Shown one piece after another: positions 14,109 to 25,251 of a stretch of 64,000 nucleotides of DNA. Origin of the DNA: Camelus dromedarius. Its lineage: Eukaryota. The stretch is from assembly GCF_036321535.1 (NCBI RefSeq), contig NC_087437.1, positions 110,920,001-110,984,000 of the forward strand, written 5' to 3'. The stretch's first letter is position 1; every line of letters begins with the position of its first letter. The notes under the pieces were generated by a model. It searched no databases and was not told where the DNA came from. It saw nothing but the letters and a program-made list of their open reading frames with translations. Position numbers and translations under genes: made by a program.

Positions 14109-14559
14109 GGGCTGAATGTGGGAAAAGCCCTAGACTAGCAATCTTGTGCATCTTTTCTTGGGCTGGATAAACAAGCGCCTGGGTTTCAATATCCCACGGG
14201 GGCTTTTCCAACTGCCCCCGCCGGGACAGTTCCAGATTGTCCCAATAGAAGGGCAACGGGGACACCACCGGCATTCGGGGTATGACACATCACAGAACAG
14301 TTAGCAAACTGGGCTAACTGCTAATAACTCACCCTGCCCCCTCCAACATAATGCATACACGTACTTCTAGCGGAGTGAGCGCCGAGTTGAGACTGGACCC
14401 CAGAGATGTGGGAGCGAGCACACTGTCTTCCCCAAGATTTTCTTGTTTAAACACACCAGGGGGATATTTGATGGAGATTAGGGGGGATGGAAAGCACCCC
14501 GAACAACGATTCCTCAGAACTGCCACCAAAGTTTGCCTGCTGAGATGGGGGTCCCCCGC

Positions 14560-15260
14560 AGGGACCATTAAGGGGCCACCACTCCACAGTCAGGCAGCGC
14601 CCCCACATATGACATGGAGGACCGAATGGGATCCCCAGCACAGAGGAGCAAATCCGGTTCGCCCAGAGCCCTGCAAAGCCCCCGGGGCCACGTGAACGCC
14701 AAGTCACCTGCCTGGCACAGGCGCCACCTCCCACCCGCTCCGCCAGCACCCAAGTGTTCCAGCGCCCGTCACCGCGCCTCCTCCGCCGCTGTCAACACAA
14801 ACACCCACACCCAGGAAGGAAGCAAAAATAACCTGGCGCCTCATAGCGATGCCTCATCCCTTTCCCCAGGGGAGCTGTGCCTCTCCCATTCCCCTGGAGG
14901 ACCTGAGAGTCCAGAGAGGTAGGGGAAGAGGAGGGGCGGGGCCATATGAGGGGAGGGGCCAGCAGGAGGGGCGTGGCCAGCAGGAGGGGAGGCCCGCAGG
15001 AGGGGAGGGGCGAGGAGTGCTCGCCAGACCCACCCCCAGTGCTTTGGCCGGGCTGTCAGAGGAAGATCATCTCTAAAAGGGATGAAGTCAGCGGCCCTTC
15101 CCTGGTGGTGAAGGTGGCGCTGTTCTCCTCTAGGCGGCGCACTACCTAAAATGACAACCCTTGCTACCAGCAAGTTCCCATGTGCTTCTCAAAGCCGCAG
15201 ACTTGGAGGATGAGTCAGCCGCTGAGCTCCGCCTCTAGGGGCCTCCCCAAGCCGCAGGAG
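14560..15260. promoter_or_regulatory. Non-repetitive GC/CpG-rich segment: candidate intronic enhancer or alternative promoter
   Basis: Locally high CpG; GC box near 14933; three GGCC(A/C)GCAGGAGGGG units (14957, 14975, 14991); CTCF-like CCTCTAGGCGGCGC (15127-15140); AP-1 TGAGTCA near 15211. Confidence 0.45.
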
Positions 15261-15392
15261 GCATGTTTATTAGTACCCAGGCTGGAACGATGTGAAAAGC
15301 TGCCCTTCCATATACCCCGAGACCAGAACCAGCATTCTTTGAGGATGGTCATTGAAGGCCCTCCTAACCTGAAAGGTGAAATCAAACCCTGA

Positions 15393-16225
15393 CGCTATGG
15401 GTTCAGTTGTGTCCCCTAGAAAGGTTATGCTGAAGTCCTAAGCCTGTTTCCTGTGGGTGTGACTGTATTTGTCGGCTAGGGCTGTCATAGCCAAGTACCA
15501 CAGACTGGGTGGCTTCAACAAGTTGCATTTATTGTCCCACAGCTCTGGAGGCTGGAAGTCTGGCATCAAGGCTTTGGCAGGGCTGGATTCTCCTGAGACC
15601 TCTCTCCTTGACTGGGAGACGGCCACCTTCTCACTGTGTCCTCATGTGGTCCCTCTACGTTCATGCATGTCACTGTGCATGTTCAAATTTCCTCTTCTCA
15701 TAAAGACAACAGTCAGACTGGATTAGGGCCCATTCTAAGGGCCTCATTTTTAATTTCATTACTTCTTTAAAGGTCCCACCTCTAAATACAGTCACATTCT
15801 GTACTACTGAGGGCTGAGGCTTCAACATGTGAAGGTGGGGGACGCAGATAAGCAGTCCAGCCCATAACAGTGACCTTATCTGGCAAACGTGTACATTTTA
15901 CACTTGGGTCATTGCAGCTGTAACCAGTTAAAATGAGGATACACTGGAACAGAGTGGGCCCCTACTCCAATATGACTGGTGTCCTGACAGAGGCAAAGAC
16001 TGGAGTGACAAGCCAACAAGCCAAGGAAGACCAAGGATTTTCAGCGACCTTGAATCTAGGAGAGAGGAAAGGAACAGACTACCACCCAGAGCCTTCAGAA
16101 GGAGCCAGGCCCTGCCAACACCTTGATTTTGGATTTGTAGCCTCCAGAACTGTGACAGAATAAATCTGAGTTCTTTGAAGTCATCCAGTTTGTAGGACTT
16201 TGTTAGTGCAACCCTAAGAACCAAC
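15393..16225 (+). mobile_element. MaLR LTR (MLT1C-like) interrupted by a second LTR
   Basis: 5' part 15393-15463 (gctatgggttcagttgtgtcccc...gtgtgac) continues at 15870 (gtgaccttatctgg...) to about 16225. Confidence 0.85.
15464..15869 (-). mobile_element. MaLR LTR (MLT1B-like) nested inside the previous LTR
   Basis: tgtatt...cccataaca termini with a 5-bp TSD GTGAC at 15459-15463 and 15870-15874. Confidence 0.9.
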
Positions 16226-16394
16226 CTTAGGACCCCGGCTTGAGCAGGTGGATGGCACTGAAGGTTTGAACTCTGAAGCCACTTAGCAATGAGTAGAAAG
16301 CCTCAATCAAAATTATTAGCTTTGTAAATCAACTATACTTCAATTTTTTTAATTACTAGCTTTAAATAAAATTCAAAAGTTTTATTTTATAATG

Positions 16395-16620
16395 CAGCAG
16401 AGTGACTGTCAACACTGTCTCTATAGCCAGAATGCCTGAACTCAGATCCCAGCTCTGTCAGTTACCAGTCACCCAGCCTTGGCCAAGTCATGCCCTCGGG
16501 GCCTCAGCTTTCCTTATCTGTAAAATGGGGGGTGATGATGATGGCATCATCTAGTTCATACTATTATAAAAATCAAATGAGGTAATATTTATAAAGACCG
16601 TATGTCTGGCATAGAGTCAA
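16395..16620 (+). mobile_element. MIR SINE
   Basis: gcctcagctttccttatctgtaaaatgggg core. Confidence 0.7.
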
Positions 16621-17082
16621 AGTTATAAAACTGTTTGATTGATCCTAACAAAGAGTTATGACACCAAAGCATGCTTCTCTCAGTTGTGCATGACATCCCT
16701 AAAACTCTTGGATCAGGCCTCCCCGACCCTGGACTGATCATGTGCAACCTCAAAATTCACCAAAGTGCCATGAGGAAAAGTTTAATATTAAAAAAAAATT
16801 CCAAAAGTATTAAAACCCCAAGCTTACACCTGGTTGCTAGGGCAAGGGGGAAAATATTTTTTAGAAAATCTAATTCGAGAGCCCATGTGAAACTGATAAA
16901 TATTTGGAACTGACTGGCAGAGGCAGACAAGAGACACTATCCTGGCAGGTGATACAAAGGAGGGCAGTGAGTTACGGTCCAATGATAAACCTAGCCCACA
17001 AGTATGTAACACAATGTCCTACATGACACCTACCTTTATCAGGTGAGGTGCACTGAAATTTTTTATTCTACTGCAATTTTTT

Positions 17083-17284
17083 TCCTTTCTTTTTTTTTTA
17101 TTAACGTATAGTCAGTTTGCAATGTTATGTCAAATTCTGGTGTACAGCATAATATTTCAGTCACACATATACATACATATATTCATTTTCATATTCTTTT
17201 TCATTATAGGTTATTACAAGATATTGAATATAGTTCCCTGTGCTATACATTATAAACTAGTTGTTTATCTATTTTATATACATT
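17083..17284 (-). mobile_element. 5'-truncated L1 3' end
   Basis: L1 3' UTR with TSD-like tactgcaattttt at 17069 and 17285. Confidence 0.85.
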
Positions 17285-17639
17285 TACTGCAATTTTTAAA
17301 TGTTATCAAGACAGCCCTTAATAAACCAGCAAATGCCTTACAACCAACAGTTATAAACCACAGAACCAACCCTCTAGAAGACTCTTCCTGCTCTTTTTTT
17401 CCCTCAAACTATTTAACTTCAGTCAGGGACTAAATTCTGAGGAAAACCCCCAGTGCCTTCTTCTCTTTTCCAAAGTCTAAGATAATCTTCTCTAAACACA
17501 GAGAAAATGAGAACATTCTAGAACTAGAAATTGAACATTAAAGACTATGTAGGGTTTCAAGAGGGCTAATAGCTCTGTGCTAAAAAGTCAGTAAAGTTTA
17601 ACATTTTTTTTCAACATCATTCTTATCTAAAAAGTGATT

Positions 17640-17845
17640 GTTTTTCATTTTCATATCCCTTTTCATTATAGGTTACTATAAGATATTGAATATAGTTCCC
17701 TGTGCTTGGTACAGCATAAACTTGTTGTTTATCTATTTTATATACAGTAGTTAGTATCTACAAATCTCCAACTCCCAACTTACCCCTTCCCACCGCCTTC
17801 CCCTCTGGTAATCATAAGTTTGTTCTCTATGTCTGTGAGTCTGTG
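17640..17845 (-). mobile_element. L1 3' UTR fragment
   Basis: cattataggttactataagatattgaatatagttccctgtgc...ctatgtctgtgagtctg. Confidence 0.8.
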
Positions 17846-17904
17846 GAAAGCGATTTATTTTAATAAACATTTACACACATGCACACATATATGTTCCATA
17901 CATA

Positions 17905-18125
17905 CTCATGTACCATGCACCAGGCACTGCTTTAAGCTCCTCACAGATATTAACTCATTTAATCTTCACAATGACCCTGTAAGACAGATGAACTATATAA
18001 TATGCCCATTTTACAGGTGAGGACACTAAGACCCTGAGAAGTCACTTAACATTGGACAAGTGGCTTCTCAGGGTCTTAGAGCTGGTATTCAAGCTCAGGC
18101 AACTGAGCTCTGTGCTCTTCCCCCA
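17905..18125 (-). mobile_element. MIR SINE containing an internal inverted repeat
   Basis: ccaggcactg...aactcatttaatcttcacaa...cccattttacaggtgagga; hairpin at 18026-18079. Confidence 0.75.
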
Positions 18126-19835
18126 CTAGACCGTGCAGCTGAGAATTAATCTCTTAGTCAATTTTCTCAGTATTTCAGATGCCTGTGTTCATCATTAAGC
18201 AAAATTCCTTTTGAGTTTCAGTGCTACCATCTTGCAAAATGCAAACATTCATAATCATTTTTTAATTGAGATTTAATTGAACATAACATTATTATATTAG
18301 TTAAATATATAACATATTAATTCAATATATGTATACATTGCAAATGCTCACCACAATAAGTCTGGTTAGCATCCATCACCACAATATAGACTCTTAATCA
18401 CTACAGTGTAGCCACCAGGAGGGTCGATAACCCAAACTCCCACCCTCTCAGCACTAGTCATTCTTCCGTGTTCTTTAGCAAAGAATCAAGACTGTCAAAA
18501 TAAGCTCCTTGGAAACTAGAACACACCCTTGTCAAAAAACTGAAACTGAATTTGTTTTAAAGAAGTCTCTCATATAGGAATCACTCCTGTCAGTTGCTGT
18601 CTTTACATCAAACCAAATTTACTTGCAAAACCAATGTTCCAGCACATTTCTCCAAAGGACTGCAACAAAGGGGCATTACTCGGGAGAAAAAAATCCCCTT
18701 GTACTTCTGCTCTGACCGCCCCCCCCCACCTTATCCCAAATTCCCTCCACCTCATGATCTAAGACTTGAAATTAAGAATAGATTCACTGACTGTAAAATC
18801 AAAGATGTTTGCCTCAAAATGTAATACAAACCCAGGACTAAAAGTAAAAACTGTTTTCAACTGAAAAGGCAATTATCCAACCAAACTGGTTGAACGAGAG
18901 AATGCAAATTCTAGGTTCCTGTTTCTAGGAGTCTAAAGGTGAGCCACCCACGCTCAGGGTCAGGAATACGGCTGCTAAAAATGTTAAGCTACAAGGTGGA
19001 AAGAAAGTAAAAAATTCATTTTGATTTCAATCTTGATCCAACCACAGCCCTAAAATCCTTCAGGATTTGAACTGCAGAGCCCACGCCCGTAGGTCTGGGT
19101 GTGGTCCCTGCCCATGTGGCTGAGCTGCCCTCTCTCCGCAAAAAGCAGGCCTCCTGGCGCCCGAAGCCGGTGGGGCCCCAGGACAAAGCCGACTTTGTTC
19201 CACCGGAAAGCCTGTGTTCTAAGTTGGGAGAGATGGAAAGCGAGACGCTGCCACATTTCTTCTTGCTTCCAACCCTCTTTACTCCTATCACACACGTACA
19301 GCAGCTTCCAAACCCATTTCGAGATTCCGACACAGAAGTGGGTGGAACAGCCTCACGGGGTTTGGCAACTCTTGGCCAAAGAGCACCCTGAGATTTCCGT
19401 AGACGCGATGGCACTTTTACAGAAACCCGAGACCAAAAGACCCTCCAAGGGGTGGACACTGGCTCCATGGGCACAGGAGAGTTTATTCTCCACCTTTGCC
19501 CCTTTCTTCACTCTCCACTTACAGGCCAGCCCTCCAAAATCACAACCCACCACCAACCCCCGCCCCGCCAGACACACCTCATTTCCCTGAAACGCCCCCA
19601 TCTTCCTTTGCCCGTCTAGGAAAATCCGACCCATCCTTCCGAGGCCAGCTGGAACCACCCCCACCTCTGTGAAGCCCTTCTGACCTCTAGGTCGGGTTAC
19701 ATACTCTGTCCTCCAGGCCCCGGGTACAGCGCTTCTCAAAGTGTGGTCCCTGGACCAGCAGCACCAACATCAAAATCCTTGCCCTCCACCGCAGACCTGC
19801 TAAATCAGAAACTCTGGGCTTTAACAGGGCTTCCT

Positions 19836-19881
19836 CCCACCTCCCCCACCCCACCCCACCCCACCCCACCCCACCCCCACC
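19836..19881. repeat. (CCCCA)n / (GGGGT)n pentamer repeat
   Basis: Directly visible; the G-rich copy is on the minus strand. Confidence 0.95.
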
Positions 19882-20324
19882 CAGTCTGTTTTATTGGCGC
19901 CTGGATGCTCAGGCCTTGACCGCAGACCGTGGCGGTGGGTCCAGCTGCTCCTTCCACTGCTGCTTCTCAGCCTTGGGTCTTCGGGTTCTCTTGCTGCTTG
20001 CTGAACTGGCGGCGCGTGGCGCGCGTTTCCCGGGGCTGCAGATCCAGGGGCTTGTACTTCTTGTCTTCATAGAACTTCCTGAGGTTCTCTTTCTGAATCT
20101 GGTTAATAACGGTGAGAACACAGGCAATGGATTTGTGAACAACTCGGATCTTGGAGAGCTCAGAAGCCACACCGCCTGTCACTTTAGTGTCACGCAGCTG
20201 GGACAGCTACACCTTCAGGTCCTCCACGGGTTTCAGCAGCTCCCTCTTCTTGATGCAAAGGTCTCGAGCCTTAATCTTGGTCATGGCTGTACAAGTTGCT
20301 GCCACCCCCTTCTTGGAGGGAAAG
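19882..20324 (-). pseudogene. RPL35: Processed pseudogene of 60S ribosomal protein L35 (uL29)
   Basis: Intronless. ATG at 20284 reads [81 protein letters not shown]... and the other frame ends ...AVKA* (TGA 19911-19909). Premature TAG at 20209-20207, frameshift near 19970, 5'TOP-like CTTTCCCTCC start, AATAAA at 19895-19890. Confidence 0.96.
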
Positions 20325-20946
20325 TAACAAGACTTCTTGTTAAAGCAAATTCTGACGTCCCTTCAAGCTTGGCACCCACTGCCGTAGCTTTAAGTCAATA
20401 CCTTATTCCACCTCTACCCACTAAGCTTAGGCCCTCTGTCCTACAAGCCCTTCAGAGTCTGGTATCCGATAAACACATGCTTGTTGAATTAACCTAAGGA
20501 ACCTCTTTTAGAATCAGAGAGGGCAGTGTGAAATCAGCAGCTTCACAGGCTATCAGCTGTCCACCACCACATACTTTCAGGCACACAGTGACAGCAACAC
20601 CCATTCCTACAGGACGAAACTGGAGCTGGTCACGATTTCCATGGAGCAAGTGATTAACAGAAAAGAATGCAGGGCTCCCGGTCATGACCATGGTCCAACG
20701 TAAGATCCCTTGGGCAGTGAAAACATACTCAGAAATGTTGGGAATGACAGGGGTTTGTGTCTCACAAGGGGTCTTCACTGGCTCCACGGGAACCATCCCC
20801 ATGGGCTCCCAAAGGGAAGAAACCACCCTCGTGTGATTAACCCACAATATGTGGCACCCTGTCCTCTCACCTCCTGATCCCAAGTCCCAGCCGTGTAAAA
20901 CTCAGTATGCTCTTGGTGCCTACCCAACTAAGCTCATCCAGCATTA

Positions 20947-21015
20947 AGAAGAAGAAGGGGGGGAGGGGGAGAAGAGGGGGGAGGAGGAGGAGATGAAGGA
21001 GAAGGAGAAGAAGAA
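20947..21015. repeat. Purine-rich (GAA/GGA) low-complexity tract
   Basis: Nearly pure G/A run. Confidence 0.85.
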
Positions 21016-21281
21016 ATGGACAAAAGGACATTAAAATAAAACTGAATGAAAGTCAGGGCAGTGTAGCAGAAACTTCTTAGAAACATAAAAAATTGGTATG
21101 TACTGGGCTCCTGTCTTCTGCTAGGCACCGTGCCAGGCGTCCACATACTCACAGTGAAGGGGTTAAGGCCGTAACTCTTCCCTGCTCCACCACGTGATCG
21201 CAGGTGACCTGTGTAAGGAGCTAAGACAATCACAATCACATACAGCCTCTGGTGGAGAATACTCTTACGATTTTTCCTCGT

Positions 21282-21693
21282 TGTGGAAGGCTAAAAAAGG
21301 TCCCCCCCCCCAAGATGTTCCCAAACCCTAATTCCCAAAACCTATGAATACTACTCTACATGGGAAAAGATATAAGTTAAGGATCTTAATCAAAATGCAA
21401 TCACCAGTATCCTAATAAAATGGAAGCAGAGGGAGATTTCAAAGATATAAGAGGAGAAGGCACACAGAGGCAGACGGGAGTGATGCGGCCACAAGCCAAG
21501 GAACGCGGGCAGCCACCCGAAGCTGGAAGAGGTAGAGTACAGATTCTCCCCTGGAGTCTTGGAGGAAGTGTACCCCTGCCGACAATCTTGATTTTGAGCC
21601 AGTGAGGCTGATTTTGGACTTCTGGCTTCCAGAACTGGAAGGAAATTAGCACTATTTTAAGCCATCAAATTTGTGGCTTAGGAAACTAATACA
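21282..21693 (+). mobile_element. MaLR LTR (MLT1C/D-like)
   Basis: tgtggaaggct...gccacaagccaaggaa...cttccagaactg...ggaaactaataca. Confidence 0.85.
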
Positions 21694-22529
21694 CTCATTA
21701 ATCAGTTCACTTCTTTTTTGAACAACAACACATGCTGACAGGTCCTATTTCCATGGTATGGACTAGGAAACTTGGGCTCAGCGGGACGGGCAGTCAGAGG
21801 CATGGGACAAAGCCAAGTGCAAACTCCATCAGTCTGATCTTCCCAGCATGCCTTGCCAGCTCCAGTGAATAGACATGTGGGTTCTGTGGTCCTCAGGGAC
21901 AGCCTGGGAAAGTCATTGTTTCTATGAAAAACACTCCAGATTCCAAATAAAAGACAAAAGGAAGTTTAGAACACCACCTTGGGAGAGAAAGGTCTGCTCA
22001 TCCCACAAACACTATTTTCTGTTTAGGAATCAAAGCAATGCAATTAACCCATTCATTGAGGGTCCAAGTTACGTATCATACATATCATGGACAGGCTGTC
22101 TCCAAACCTCCAGGCATCAGAAAAGTTATAACTGGTCCTAAGACTCCTTTCACTTCATAATAAACCCCAGAGCCTTCTATTTGAAATCCACAGTGTGCCT
22201 GGCCCTGCGATATTACCAACAGATGGCTGCTAACATCCCAGTGTTCCTGGGTTTCCTAAGGAGAAGAATTTGCAGTGGCGAAAATTACCACTAAAAATAG
22301 CACCAATTGGGTAGGTTTGAGATATACCTTCGCACATTGCTGCCACATGAAACCTGTTGATGAAGATAGTTGGTGGAAAATATAGAATATTCTGAACATA
22401 GTTTTGTGTTCACCATGATTACATTCAGGAAAGAAAAAAGAAAAACAGACGCCAAGGTAAACACCAGAAGGAAAATACTAACAATAACATGGTTAAATAA
22501 TAACAATAGTATTGTAGAACACGAACAAC

Positions 22530-23330
22530 AAGCACATGAAAAGATGCTCAACATCACTAACCACTAGGGAAATGCACATCAAAGCTACAATGAGGTATCA
22601 CTTCACACCCATTAGGATGGCCATTATCAAAATACAGAAAATAGCGTGTAATGGCAAGGATGGGGAGAAATCAGAACCCTTGTGCGTTGCTGGTGGGCAC
22701 GTACACTGGTGCAGCCACTGTGGAAAACGGTGTGGCAGTTCCTCAAAAACTTAAATACAGAATTATCATGAATGATCCACTAATTCACTCCCGGGTACAC
22801 ACTCAAAAGAACAGAAAGCAGGGACTCAGATAGATATTTGTACACCTAAGTTCATACCAGCATTATTCACAACAGCCAAGACAGGGAAACGATGAAAGTG
22901 TCCATCATCAGATGACGAGATAAACAAAATATAGCATACACATACAATGGAATATTACTTAGCCTCAGCAAGGAAGGAAATTATGACCTGCTACAACATA
23001 GATGAAACTTGGGGACATGATGCTAAGAAATTAGCCCGTCACAAAAGGACCAATACTGTTTATGATTCTACTTATATGAAGTATCTAGAATAGTCAAACT
23101 CATAAACAAAATAAAATAACAGTTGTCAGGGATTGGGGAAGGGAGAAAGGGGGAGTGGTTGTTTAATGGGTATGGAAGTTCAGTTTGGGAAGATGAAAAA
23201 GTTCTGGAGATGGATATTGGTGACAGCTGTACAGCAATGCGAATGTACTTAATATCACTGAACTGGACACTTAAAAATGTGTAAAATGGTCAATTTTATG
23301 CTATGTGTAATACCACAAAAATTTTTTTTA
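22530..23330 (+). mobile_element. L1MB-like 3' fragment with ORF2 remnant
   Basis: ORF 22536-22754 reads [31 protein letters not shown] (L1 ORF2p C-terminal region), followed by a 3' UTR. Confidence 0.9.
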
Positions 23331-24174
23331 AAAACAGAAACACTAGCAATAGCTGTTTAAGAATAATGAGTTTATGGGTAACGTTTTATTTTTCCCTTCT
23401 TTTTGAGTTTAAATTTACGTTCATTGAACTTTTCTTTTAAAAAAGTGTCTGTGGTATTTAATACCAACAGTGAAAAAAATGTGACCATCCTAGGGCAGGC
23501 CAACTCATTTAGGACCCACTGCTTCAGGGATTAATGGAATTCCCGTGGTAATGACCTTTCCCACTTCTGTAATATGAATTATCCCAAAGTGAAAATCCAG
23601 TTCGCTCTCCGTGTTTATGAAAGCCATTCCTTCCAGACAGCTGAAGCAACAAAGCCAGCCAAAAGCACTTCCCAGCCATCCGATTGGAGATTTATATGGC
23701 ATATAAACATAAAGAAACATTGTGTAACATAAGCTGTGGGGCAGGAGAAAGAACCCTGCTCTTGGCATCAGAAGCTGAATTCAAGACTGGCTTCGCCCAC
23801 CAACTCCCCGCACTGGACCAATTAAAAACTCTCCAGGCTTCTGCCGCCTTTTCCACAGGTGAAGGAACACCTGCTTCATAACGAGACAGTAAATCCTGGA
23901 AAGGACCCATGCCTTACTAATGTCAGGGGTTTATACACAGCATGAGTGAAAGAACACAGCTTGCCACAGAGCAGGTGCTTAATAAATGATCCATGCTCAA
24001 TTTCTCTCCTTCCCTAAGTGCGTGAGCTCACACATCACGTGGCTTTGTGATTGCTTTTTCCTGAACTTCTTAAGAAGGGATAGATTGCTAGATTTACTCT
24101 TAATTACCTCAACTCTGCCACTTTCTCTAAAAAGAATCCCTCCTCCTAAAATTCTTAATGAGGATGGCTTTCTT

Positions 24175-24345
24175 TTTTTTTTTTTCTTATGTAATTTTTA
24201 TTAAATTATTTAAGTATAGTCAGTTTACAATGTGTCAATTTCTGGTGTACAGCATAATGTCTCAGTCATACATATACATACATATATTCATTTTCATATT
24301 CTTTTTCATATAGGTTACTATAAGATGTTGAATATAGTTCCCTGT
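24175..24345 (-). mobile_element. L1 3' end fragment
   Basis: T-run followed by aagtatagtcagtttacaatgtgtcaatttctggtgtacagc. Confidence 0.85.
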
Positions 24346-24623
24346 ACGAACTAGACTTTCTATTTTATGGTCAGATAACTGGAAATAACAAAAAGTTGAC
24401 AAAATATCAAGCTGGATGTCTTAGTTTAAATTACCAAAAATTAAAAGGTTCTGGGATTTTTCTTAAAGATCAGATTCTAGAATTTCAGAAAACCTAAGGC
24501 TTCAGCACTCACTAGCTGTGTTACCTTGAGCAAATTACTTAACCTCTCTGAGCCTTGGTTTTCACATCACAAATGTGATGTGAAACACACATTCACAATT
24601 GATCCTCTAAGAAGTAAAGGTGA

Positions 24624-24801
24624 AGCACTCCAGATTCCTCACCTGCTTCTGCAGGGTGAGGGTGAAAACTCACTGAGAAGTCTGCATCCTGGAAGAGGAC
24701 CCTCACTCTAACCTGACCATGCTGGCACCCTGACCTTGGATTTCCAAATCCAGAACTGTAAGAAATAAATTTCTGTTGTTTACAAAAAAAAGAAAAAGAA
24801 A
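24624..24801 (+). mobile_element. Polyadenylated MLT1A-like LTR fragment flanked by a long TSD
   Basis: LTR 3' part ending at AATAAA (24764-24769), A-tail from 24784, TSD AAGTAAAGGTGA at 24612-24623 and 24802-24813. Confidence 0.75.
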
Positions 24802-25251
24802 AAGTAAAGGTGAGCAAGAACTCCCAATGTTAAGAAATTATTAAACATATCCCTACTATGAAATTATTAAACATACTTGTTCATATTCTAGAGAAGCCAT
24901 GGTTACTGAGCCTCAGGCTCCCCATCGGCAGTGAGTGAACTGGACCACCAGTCCTCTAAAAGGATGTTTCTAGGACAAGTGTTCGGCAACATCTGAAAAG
25001 CCCATTTTTTCAACCAAAGTAGTCCTTTGCAAATAGTTTTATCCAAATGGGATGACTGGAAATAACATAGCAAGAGCTGAAAATAGTGATAACTAGAACG
25101 TTTCTTTCACTTCAAACAATTTAAATAACAAATTAAGATTTTGCTTCCCTATCCTAGAAATTAATACTACCCAGTATATTAATGTGACACATTTTTAAGC
25201 TACAACCACAAAATCCATTGTTTAAATTTAGGAGCAACTGCTATAATTCAC

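Larger units (their letters stand above)
19727..20381 (+). mobile_element. MER5A (hAT-Charlie) split by the RPL35 retrocopy
   Basis: Left part cagcgcttctcaaagtgtggtccctggaccagcagc...tttaaca (19727-19833); right part taacaag...attctgac...cccactg (20325-20381). Confidence 0.7.

Noticed and set aside
19016..19739. Cluster of 81-163 aa ORFs on both strands
   Set aside because: No recognisable homology and no convincing splice-site pair; mutually overlapping frames suggest chance.
19916..20497. 193-aa plus-strand ORF
   Set aside because: It is the antisense shadow of the RPL35 pseudogene.
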